From: Caecitellus pseudoparvulus
Lineage: Eukaryota > Protista > Bigyra: Bicosoecida
Direction of reading: 5' to 3'
NCBI GenBank assembly: GCA_965644315.1
Contig: CBFFRQ010000040.1
Span: 186,001 to 250,000, forward strand
Length of the DNA stretch: 64,000 nt
Position 1 is the stretch's first letter; each line of letters opens with the position of its first letter. A model generated the notes under the pieces. It was given only the letters and a program-made list of their open reading frames with translations, had not been told where the DNA came from and searched no databases. A program made the translations under genes and the position numbers. Below, piece after piece: positions 42,543 to 51,876 of the stretch.

Positions 42543-45169
42543 ATGGTGCGTTGGTGTGGACACCGCACCTCGCTGTCGCCAGCACTTGCGACAAAGCCCG
42601 TCGTCCCCACACCACAGCACACAGCGCCCTGCCCCTCCCCTCCACAACAGGCAGCAGCCACAGGACCAGCCATGGAGAACACTGGAGCACCCACAGCAGG
42701 TCTTGACGACTCGCAGGCTGAGGTGGTGGCGACATGCTTGGGCAAGATGAAGTGCTTGCCGGGCTGCGTCATGGACCACGGCCAAGCTCTGCGAGGACTG
42801 GCAGCCATTGGGCGTGGCGAAGCGCCTGCTGCAGGGGACGCCCCAACGGTCATGAGTCTGGTAGAGTTGGAGGCTGCTCTGCGTGACGCGGGGAGTGCGC
42901 TGTTGGAGCAGGCTGGGTTGTTGGCGGGGCAGCGTGAGCGAAGCGGTGTGTGTGCTGCGCTGCAGTACCTGTCCTTCCGGTGCTTCTGCGCGGTGGATGT
43001 GCTGCACCAGGCGGTGTCGGGTGTGGGTGCCGATGCAGTGCCGGAGGGTGATGCACTGTGGGGCGCCATCGTTGGTGCTTGGGGCAGTGTGCGGAGCGGT
43101 GTGAACGTGGAGGGTGCGCTGGCTGACCTGACGCGATGGTGGCAAGGTTTTGAGGGGACAGATGTGGCTGTGGCTGGTGAGGGTGGCCCTGTCACACATG
43201 ATGCCGGTGGCGAGGCAGCGACAGATGCGGCTCTGGCTGGCATGCGTCAGCAGGCTGAGTGGCTGCGAGTCGAGGCGGCAGGCGATCTGAGGAGTGAGAG
43301 TGCTGCGAAGCACTTGGAGAGTGCTGCGAGTGCAGTGGAGGAGCTGCGTGGGATTCTTGGGTGTGCGCTGCTCGTCAGTGGTCGAAGGGTGAAGGCTGTG
43401 CGTGGTTTGGACTTGTCGGGCGGCGTGGAGTGCCTGAACGGGAAGGATGTGAGTGTATACCAGACAAGGAACCGAATTGATGAAGACGATGTTGGTGGAG
43501 TTGGGGATGTAGAGCAGTGGGCAGCAAGTGTGGAGGCGGGTGCGAGGTCGCTTGCCACGAGTGTTGGCGCCGTGAAGCGTGGCGAAGCAGCTCGCATCGC
43601 CCGTGGACTGCCGCGGATGTCAAATACTCCACGCAGAGCAGCACTGGCACATGGAGTCATCAGTGGCCGAGATGATGAGCCCGTTGGCGAGAGAAGCAGT
43701 GTCACAGTGCAGGTACAGTGTGAGGTGGGGCGGCCGTTGAGGGCGTTCCTGGAGAATGAAGGTTGGGGCGATGTTGGGCTGGAGGTGAAGCAGCGCGTAG
43801 CTGTGAAGGTGCTGGGTGTGTGTGCTGTGGCAGAGGCGTGTAGAGTGAGTCTGAGTGGTGTGGGTGTGGGGAGCTTTGTAGTGGTTGGTGTGGGGAGTGG
43901 CAGTGTGGGTGATCTGGTGGGAGCACTGGATAGGGGTGGGTGTGAGGTGGTGCTGAGTGCGTGTGGCGGTGTGTGGGGCACAGGTCGCTCTGAAAGTGGC
44001 AGCGGTGATGGTGAAGGTGGTGGTGTGTTGGGTATGCTGCGTGAGATGCTTGGCATTGGAGGTGGTGCGCTGGGTGGCGGATCGGGCGTTGTGTCAAGCT
44101 TCGTGGGCAGCGGTGAAGGTGGTGAGCATGCACTGTCGAGCGCGATGGAGGTGTTGGGGCGGGGAGGGAGTGGTTGCTGCATGGGTGCATACGCCATTGC
44201 ATGTGGTTCAATCGGGAGTGGAGTGGAACGCCTGGAAGGTGTGGAGAGTGCTGTGCGGAGTGTGCTTGATGGGAGCAGGAAGCTGCTGCGGCAGGTCAGG
44301 CGGAAACAGGGGACGTCCTCGGGCAAGGGAGGTCCAGTGAGAACACCACTGCATTAGTGGCAGCGTGTAAGGATGGCAATCTTTCGAGAGTGCGCAAGCT
44401 GCTTTCGTTGAAGGGGGATGAGGCAGTAGAAGTGCACGCGGCGGATGGGAATGGGCCAGAGGCCGCCTTCCGATGGGCATGCGCCAATGGCCATCTCGAC
44501 ATCGTGCGCGAGCTGTTGGGCCTCACGGGGGCGCGGGAAGTGGATGTACATGCGGCAGATGGGAGTCGACCTGAGGCTGCGTTTCGAGGGGCATGCCGCA
44601 ATGGCCGCACAGACATCGTGCGCGAGCTGCTGGGCCTGACTGGGGCGCGGGAAGTGGATGTGCACGCGAGGGATTGGAGTGGGCCTGAGGCCGCCTTCCG
44701 AGAGGCATGCGCCAATGGCCACACGGACATCGTGCGAGAGCTGCTGGCTCTGACTGGTGCGCGGGAAGTGGATGTGCACGCGGCGCATGGGGGTCGACCT
44801 GAGGCCGCCTTCTGGCGGGCATGCCGCAATGGCCACACAGACATCGTGCGAGAGCTGCTGGCTCTCAGTGGCGCGCGGGAAGTGGATGTGCACGCGGCGG
44901 ATAGTAGTGGACCTGAGGCCGCCTTCCGAGAGGCATGCGCCAATGGTCGCACGGCCATTGTGCGAGAGCTGCTTGCCCTCAGTGGAGATCGGGAAGTGGA
45001 TGTGCACGCGGCGGATAGTAGTGGACCTGAGGCCGCCTTCCGAGCGGCATGCCACTGGGGCCGCACAGGCATCGTGCGAGAGCTGCTGGGCCTCACTGGC
45101 GATCGCAGGATCCCCGAGTCCTGGCGACAGGAGGCAGCCAAGTTTGAGAGCTTGAAAGACATGCTATGA
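42543..45169 (+). CDS. Helical N-terminal domain plus degenerate kinase-like region plus ankyrin repeats; split by a 1-nt frameshift near 44271 (assembly error, pseudogene or recoding)
   Basis: ATG-only first exon and intron GTGCGT..CAACAG 42546-42650. Frame +3 is open to 44357. The ankyrin frame is open from 44270 with no usable upstream ATG. One extra G at GATGGGAG (44268-44275) would fuse them into about 840 aa. Confidence 0.6.
44423..45106 (+). repeat. Six tandem 114-bp (38-aa) ankyrin-type repeats of high internal identity
   Basis: Units at 44423, 44537, 44651, 44765, 44879 and 44993 with consensus EVDVHAAxxxxPEAAFRxACxNGxTDIVRELLxLxGxR. Confidence 0.93.
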
Positions 45170-46200
45170 CTCTTTCCTTCCAATGCAAAGGGTCCCAGAT
45201 GCATCGCATCCTCCCTCGCTCGCACATCCTCCACCCCCTACCCCCTGCCATACTTCAGCTTCATGCTTGCCACACGTTCTGTCCTTGCCATGTCCCCACT
45301 CCCACCTAGGCTGTTCACCCATCGCTTCTGCACAAAAGCATCAATTCAAGCTCTACACCACAGCACCCAAGCGCCAATAGGGAACGTTCATTTCCAAGCC
45401 GTGCAGCACGCGATAACCAAATACCCTTCTTTCCTGCCAGTCGCATAACCCACCTATGGTCTATGCATACCTGCGCCGCTTGTGGCAGTCCATATGCCAA
45501 ACCGATCACCCTGCAAAAAAAGAAGCTCATGGTATTTCACCAACGCTTGCCCCCTGAGTGATGCGGCCCTGGCGCGCCCACCATTTCCGTTCGTGCAGCT
45601 CTTGGCTTTTCCCCGAACCAGAGTCATCCACCGCAGCCAAGGCGTCGCCTGGCAGTGCAGGCTTTCTGCCCCATCCAACCCATGTGAGCCCTCTGTATCT
45701 GCGGAGCAGTTGGTCACTTTGTGGGCCTAGGGTGGATTCAGAGCAAGCTGTCGCCGGTACTACATCTTGAGCGGCGATTTTGCATGCAAACCTTCCGATC
45801 GCCGATGTCTGCGAAGAGCACATCCTCGAGGCTTTGCGACGGTTCCAGCAAATACTAAAGGCTAAGTTTATTGGCAGGAGGGTTTGTGCACACTTTGGGC
45901 GCCGAGGACGGGGTCTACCCCCACCCCCCCTTTGACAGAACCAGTGGCCTCGCCAAGCAACACAGTTCAGCCCAACCTCCCAAACCACTTCCAGCTTGCA
46001 AGCTCTCCTCGCATTCTGCACGCAAAGAAACACACTTTGCCTGCCCCTTTTATATTCACACTCCACTCATCGCGCTTCAGTCAGGCAGAGCGACTCCATC
46101 GTGAGCTGCTTGCCAAGAAGCAGGCGCATTCTTCGCGTGACGTGCACAGCCCAACGTGGCAAGCTCCATTTCCAGCGCTGCAACACCATCTGGTCACAGT

Positions 46201-49200
46201 ATGGCAGAACAGAGTAAATCCTCAAAGTCTTCTAAGAACTTCAACGTGAACGCGGTGCCCTTTCAGCCGTCCAGCTCTGCACAGGCAGCTGCCGCGACAT
46301 CGGGGCGTGGCGGGTCAAATTCCGCACAGCCCCGGGGAGGGCGTGCTGGCCGAGGCAGGGGGCGGGGTGCTTCCCGTGGGCGAGGCGGAGCTCGAAGCGC
46401 ACCTCGAGAGGCTGCAGCTCCTGGTGGGCTGGAGGGCAGTCAGGACGCGGCATCGGAGCGGGGCCGGGGACGGCGGCGGCGTGGTGGGCGGCGCCAAGGA
46501 GGTGGTGGTGGTGGCGGTGGACGAGGGCGGGGGAGAGGTGCTGCGCCCACTCCAGACAGCCAGGGGGATGCCGTCCCAGGGCGCTCTCAGGGGGACGGGT
46601 CAGGCAGGCGCCGGCGTCGGCGGGGGAAGAAGGGGGGTTCAGACCCCCCCTCCGCCTCAGCCGCACCCCCCCTCGTCCCGCCCCAAGTCACCAGCGGCAG
46701 TGCTGCGTCTCGGGACAAGGGCAGGCGGCGTCGGAAGGCAGGACGGGACAAGGGCGCAGCATTTGCTTCTGCGGCCGACGCCCAGGTGCACGAGGCTGTG
46801 CTTGCTTCGCTGGACAGCGGCCAGTACAACTGCACGATCTGCCTGGAGCAGGTGACGTGGGAGACGCCCATGTGGGCATGTCGCACGTGCAAGCACATGT
46901 TGCACTTGGGCTGTGTGAAGGACTGGCGGGCGTCCTGTGGCGCCACGTCGAAGGGTGACTCCTGGCGGTGCCCTGTGTGTTCTGTTCCGCTCAAGCACAC
47001 GCCGGCGTACGTGTGCCACTGCGGCAAGGTGAAGCAGCCCGACCCGACGCCGTACCTGCCGCCGCACTCCTGTGGCGGGGTGTGTGGTCGCACGCGACCG
47101 AACAACTGTCCCCACAAGTGCGACGCACAGTGTCACCCCGGCCCCTGCCCCCCCTGCCCAGCCATGGGCCCACTGCTGCACTGTGGGTGTGGCGCGATGT
47201 CGTACCGTCTGCGGTGCGGGGAGGCGGATCCTCAGCGCACCTGCGGCGCGACCTGTGGTCGTGCGTTGGCGTGCGGCCAGCCCGGGCACACCTGCGACCA
47301 GCCATGCCACCACGGCCCCTGCCCACCCTGCACACACTCTGTGCGGGCGCGGTGCTATTGTGGCGAGGTGAGTCAGGACATGTCCTGTGGCGCCACGCAG
47401 CGGGGCAGTCGCCCCACCCAGCGCACGGGTGGCTCAGCCACTCCCCAAAACACCATCATCACCACAGAAGTGGGTGGCGTGTCAACCTCGGCAGGCCCCC
47501 CACATCCTCCCCCTCCTGCTGGCCGTGGAGGGGGGCGTGGCAGGGGGGTGCAGGGGGGCTCAAACCAGCCGCCCCCTGTAGCGGGTCGGGGTCGAGGGCG
47601 TGGCGGGGGGGGGATGGGCGCACCCCCCGCTCCAGGGGGCTTGTTGGACCTGCTGTCCTTGGAGTCAGCCCCCCCCGCCGAGGTGGGCCCACCCTCCGCA
47701 CCTCAGTCGACTGCTGAGGTGAACACGGGCAGCGAGGCGCTGGACGAGGTCGTGGTCGCGCTGCGACGTGCAGGTGACGCCGTCGCGCGCGACAATGCTC
47801 ACGCCCCGCCCCCTGCAGAAGAGGCTGGCATTACGGCTGATGCGGCGTTCTCGTGTGGCGGCAGGTGTGGCGGGGCGCTGGCCTGTGGCCACCACACGTG
47901 CCAGCGCAGTTGTCACTCGGGCGACTGCGACGAGTGCCACCTGCACCCGTCGGTGGTTGCGACGTGCCCCTGTGGCGGCACGCCCCTCGCCGAGCTGCAG
48001 AAGCTGGTGCAGGTGGGCGCAGGACTGGCGCGTGTGCCCATGGCGCCAGGCACGATGCAGCCAGCGTCGGGGGCGGGGGCTAGCGAGGTCGCCATGCTGG
48101 CGCTGCCTGCGACCTACGTGCGACAAGCCTGCGTCGACCCGCTGCCCTGCTGCGACGAGCGCTGCGGCAAGACCCTGCCCTGTGGACACGCCTGTGCGGA
48201 GAGCTGCCACAACGGCCCTTGCCCGCCCTGTGCGACGTCGGTGGATGCGACCTGCTCCTGCGGCTGTGTGTCCAAGGTCGTCAAGTGCGCGACGCTGCAG
48301 AAGCTCGCCCGCTCCGTCGTGCCGCGAGCGGCTGCCAAGGTGCAGAGCGTGGACGCGACGGTGCGGGCGTGGATGTGCGACGCCGACACTGGTGTGCGCG
48401 ACCTGCCGCAGTGCGTCGTCGCGACGGGCGCTGGGGTCGCCGACGCCAGCGCACCCACTGCGCCCCCCACCAGCCTGGACAGCGACGCAGTGGACGCCTT
48501 TTCCATTTGGCAGGCGGGGTGGCCACTGGCCCTGGCGCCGCCGCCGCTGACAGCACTGGATGCGCTGTTGGCGTGCAAGTCGCAGTGCGACGCGCCGCTG
48601 CGCTGCGGTCGCCACGTCTGCCGTCGGGCGTGCTGTCCTCATCACGCGGCAGCCCTGGCAGCAGTGGCAGCTGGCTCCCTGCGCCCCGTGCTGCCCTCTG
48701 CGAACAGCGCTGCGACTGCTGCGCGACTGGATCACGCGTTGGAAGGCATGGCATTCCCGACCCTGGCGGCAGCGGCGGCGGCGGAGGCTGCAGCGGCACA
48801 GCAGGCGGAGGAACGTGCTGCCATGCACCAGGCTGCCGCTGCAGCAGCGTCCAGCCTCAGGCGCAGTCGGCGTGGCGGCGGTCGCGGTGCGAGCGGCGCA
48901 GGGGGCAGCGACGCGACCTCTGCCGCTCGGTACGTGCACACGCCGACCCTGCTGCGACTGCTGGCAGAGGTGGGCGGCGGCAGCGCGGAGGTGGAGCCCG
49001 GAACACTGTGCCAGCGTGTTCTGACTTCCCTGGAACGCCTGAGGCAGGCAGAAGGCTGTGCGTCAGATGTGCTGGCACACGGCACGGAGGAGGTCGCTGC
49101 CACGGCCATGCGTGTCGCAGGCGCCGAGCCTGCGACCCAGGGCCCAGGGCACATGTGCATGCAGGTGTGCGGGCGTCCCCAGGCGTGTGGACAGCACACC

Positions 49201-51762
49201 TGCCCCGACCCCTGCCACGCGGGGCCGTGTCAGGCGTGTGCAGTGCTGCTGCGAACGCCGCTCACCTGTGTGTGTGGTCGCACCAGCATCGACCCGCCAG
49301 TGCTGTGCGGCACGCAGCGCCCCGCCTGCCCACACCCCTGCAGTGTCCCCCGCCCCTGTGGACACGACCATCCCGCCGGACACACATGCCACCCCGGCCC
49401 TTGCCCCCCCTGCACTGTGCTCGTCTCACGCCCCTGTGTGGGGGGGCACAACCCGTCCGTTCCAGTGCCCTGCCACATCAGCCCCGACAGCGTCACCTGT
49501 GCCGAACGGTGTGGCAAGGCGCTGCCCTGCGGACAGCACACCTGCCAGCGGCGGTGCCACCCGGGGCCGTGTCTGGACGCGGGGTTGCATGCGGAATTTG
49601 AAGCCGCCGTGCAGCGTGCCGTGGCGGCAGGCCGTGCGCAGGCGGAGCAGGCTGCTCGGGCAGACGCGTTGCTCCTGCCTGGCGTGGACGAGGGCGACCC
49701 CACGACACACCCGCAGTATGGCGCCATCCTCGCGCGGCACATGGAGTCACTGCAGCAGCGGGCACGGCAGGCCAGCCGTGTGTCCTGTGGCGCCACATGT
49801 GACGCCCCTCGCAAAAACTGCCGGCACCCCTGCAGCGCCACTTGCCACCCCGGCAAGCCCTGCTCCCTGGAGCCCTGTGATGCCTCCACCAGCCTCACCT
49901 GTGCCTGTGGCCGCTTTGTCTGCAGCATGCCCTGCATGCGGGGCGGTGCGGGCGGTGTCGGGCTGGTCACCGTCGGGAAACGCACCGTCGGGCGGGGCGG
50001 TGTGACTCACGTGCGCCTGACTCTGGGCGGCCTCGCGGGCCTGCACTCCGCAGAGGAGGTGGCTGCCGCCTTTGGCGATGGCGATGCGGCGCACGTGCTG
50101 CAAGTGCCGCTGCCCCCTGCGGAAATTGAGTGGTTGCTCAAAGGTCGAGCGCTGCCCTGTGGCAACGCCTGTGCGTCGGCCAAGCGCGCCCGCGCCTTCG
50201 GAGCTGCTGTGGGGGCGCTGTCTCTCGACGACGAGGGCAATGGCAGCATGGGTGTGTGCCCATACCCGCCCGATGTGCTGCAGTTCGCAGCGGAGCAGCC
50301 CAAGTATGCGGCTCGAGTGGAGCGTCAGCTGCGGCAGTTCTTCAAGATGGTCAGCGAAGCACGGCAGGCGGGCATCGCCACGGCAGCGGGTGAGGGCGTC
50401 GCAGGTGACGACACGGTGCTGGTGGCGTCCCCCCTCCCGGATGACGGCAGCGGCACCCCCGCTGGTGAGGCTGGGTCGCAACCTGCGGCGGGGTCGGGTG
50501 ACTCGGGTGCGCGCGCCGGTGTCTGGGGGTCACTGCGGAAGGCCAAGCCTCGATCAGCGGTGTCCAAGGTGCGGGGTGGGGGCGGTGTGTCGCAGGGGGG
50601 TGCGCGTATTACGCCAAGTGCACTGCACTTCGAGCCACAACCCAAAGGCCGCCGCGCCTTTCTCCACGCCCTCGCCGAAGCCTATGGCTGCACCAGTAAG
50701 AGCCACGCGCACGAACCCAAGCGCTACGTACAAGTGCTGCCGCCTGCCGCATCGCTGGGGGAGCTGACACAGCAGGGGCAGGGTGACGCCGCCGCTGCGG
50801 ATGAGGATGCCGCTGGGCGGGGCGTTGCGCTGTCCACCACTCTGGACACTGACGTCACTCCCGCCCGGGTGGTGAAGGCGCTGCAGGCCGCCGCAGCCGG
50901 AACACACGCCGCCTCTGCCGCACCTGCCGCAGACGGAACAGGTGGTGGTTGGCGTCTGCCCCTGCCTGGGTGGTTGCTGCCGTTGCCCAGCATGTCTTTG
51001 GCCTCTGCTGTGGAGCGTTACGGGCCGGCGGCGGGTGGGCCCACCTCTGCGACGGGCCGGTCGCACCCCGCGGAACCGCACGTTCGGGAAATGGACCCTG
51101 CCGACGTGGGACTGCTGCTGCACCTGTACAACTTTAAACGGCTGCCAGCTGGCGGCCCGCTTAACGGCAGCACCGTTGGGCGGTGGGTCATGGATGTGCA
51201 GGGGTGTGGGGCAGGCCAACTGCCTACCGTGCACGCGCTGGATGATCGAAACGCAGTGCTAGCGTTCCCCTCTGTGGGCCTGGCCACACGCGCTCTGAAC
51301 ACCCTCGGTTCGCCGGTGGCGCTTGACAAGTACGGTGTGCCGTTCGCTCTGCGGCGTTGGGGGGTCGGCGTGGACACCGCCCTGTCAGGCATACCACTGC
51401 AGGCCATTGGCGAGGACGGACTGCCCATCTCGGCAGCAGGCCCCGGCGGTGCCCCCTCCTCCCGCCCTGGCAAAGTGCAGGTGGTGCCGGGTTCGTGGAG
51501 AGGTGGGCCCACCCGCTCCGGCACTGCACCAGCCGCCTCCGCCACTTCCCGACCCACTTCCGGCGCCTCGTGGGCCTCGGCTGCCGCCCAGTCGGCGGCG
51601 GCGACACCCCCGGTGCTACCGCCCTCTGGGCCACCTGCACCTGCCACCACCGCGCTCCCTGGCAGGTCGGGTGCCCGGTGGGGTCCGCAGCGGCGTAGTG
51701 GTGGTCTCAGCGGCGCAGCGCCAGCGCGCAGAACTGCCAAGCCCGACAATTCCGCATGGTGA
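46201..51762 (+). CDS. NFX1: NF-X1-type zinc finger protein (PAM2 motif, RING, multiple NF-X1 fingers, R3H)
   Basis: PAM2-like NFNVNAVPFQP, RING CTICLE..CRTC..HLGCVKDW..WRCPVC, repeated CGxHxCxxxCHxGPC fingers, and R3H FEPQPKGRRAFLHALAEAYG. Confidence 0.92.
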   Translation: MAEQSKSSKSSKNFNVNAVPFQPSSSAQAAAATSGRGGSNSAQPRGGRAGRGRGRGASRGRGGARSAPREAAAPGGLEGSQDAASERGRGRRRRGGRRQGGGGGGGGRGRGRGAAPTPDSQGDAVPGRSQGDGSGRRRRRRGKKGGSDPPSASAAPPLVPPQVTSGSAASRDKGRRRRKAGRDKGAAFASAADAQVHEAVLASLDSGQYNCTICLEQVTWETPMWACRTCKHMLHLGCVKDWRASCGATSKGDSWRCPVCSVPLKHTPAYVCHCGKVKQPDPTPYLPPHSCGGVCGRTRPNNCPHKCDAQCHPGPCPPCPAMGPLLHCGCGAMSYRLRCGEADPQRTCGATCGRALACGQPGHTCDQPCHHGPCPPCTHSVRARCYCGEVSQDMSCGATQRGSRPTQRTGGSATPQNTIITTEVGGVSTSAGPPHPPPPAGRGGGRGRGVQGGSNQPPPVAGRGRGRGGGGMGAPPAPGGLLDLLSLESAPPAEVGPPSAPQSTAEVNTGSEALDEVVVALRRAGDAVARDNAHAPPPAEEAGITADAAFSCGGRCGGALACGHHTCQRSCHSGDCDECHLHPSVVATCPCGGTPLAELQKLVQVGAGLARVPMAPGTMQPASGAGASEVAMLALPATYVRQACVDPLPCCDERCGKTLPCGHACAESCHNGPCPPCATSVDATCSCGCVSKVVKCATLQKLARSVVPRAAAKVQSVDATVRAWMCDADTGVRDLPQCVVATGAGVADASAPTAPPTSLDSDAVDAFSIWQAGWPLALAPPPLTALDALLACKSQCDAPLRCGRHVCRRACCPHHAAALAAVAAGSLRPVLPSANSAATAARLDHALEGMAFPTLAAAAAAEAAAAQQAEERAAMHQAAAAAASSLRRSRRGGGRGASGAGGSDATSAARYVHTPTLLRLLAEVGGGSAEVEPGTLCQRVLTSLERLRQAEGCASDVLAHGTEEVAATAMRVAGAEPATQGPGHMCMQVCGRPQACGQHTCPDPCHAGPCQACAVLLRTPLTCVCGRTSIDPPVLCGTQRPACPHPCSVPRPCGHDHPAGHTCHPGPCPPCTVLVSRPCVGGHNPSVPVPCHISPDSVTCAERCGKALPCGQHTCQRRCHPGPCLDAGLHAEFEAAVQRAVAAGRAQAEQAARADALLLPGVDEGDPTTHPQYGAILARHMESLQQRARQASRVSCGATCDAPRKNCRHPCSATCHPGKPCSLEPCDASTSLTCACGRFVCSMPCMRGGAGGVGLVTVGKRTVGRGGVTHVRLTLGGLAGLHSAEEVAAAFGDGDAAHVLQVPLPPAEIEWLLKGRALPCGNACASAKRARAFGAAVGALSLDDEGNGSMGVCPYPPDVLQFAAEQPKYAARVERQLRQFFKMVSEARQAGIATAAGEGVAGDDTVLVASPLPDDGSGTPAGEAGSQPAAGSGDSGARAGVWGSLRKAKPRSAVSKVRGGGGVSQGGARITPSALHFEPQPKGRRAFLHALAEAYGCTSKSHAHEPKRYVQVLPPAASLGELTQQGQGDAAAADEDAAGRGVALSTTLDTDVTPARVVKALQAAAAGTHAASAAPAADGTGGGWRLPLPGWLLPLPSMSLASAVERYGPAAGGPTSATGRSHPAEPHVREMDPADVGLLLHLYNFKRLPAGGPLNGSTVGRWVMDVQGCGAGQLPTVHALDDRNAVLAFPSVGLATRALNTLGSPVALDKYGVPFALRRWGVGVDTALSGIPLQAIGEDGLPISAAGPGGAPSSRPGKVQVVPGSWRGGPTRSGTAPAASATSRPTSGASWASAAAQSAAATPPVLPPSGPPAPATTALPGRSGARWGPQRRSGGLSGAAPARRTAKPDNSAW

Positions 51763-51876
51763 CCGCCCTGCACACCTGCACTGCAGAATGCAACCACAAT
51801 GGGCAACCCTTTACGGTTCCTAAGGGTCCGCTGGCCGCTGCACCCTGCGATTTAGCGAGCTTGCAAGCCGGCTGCA

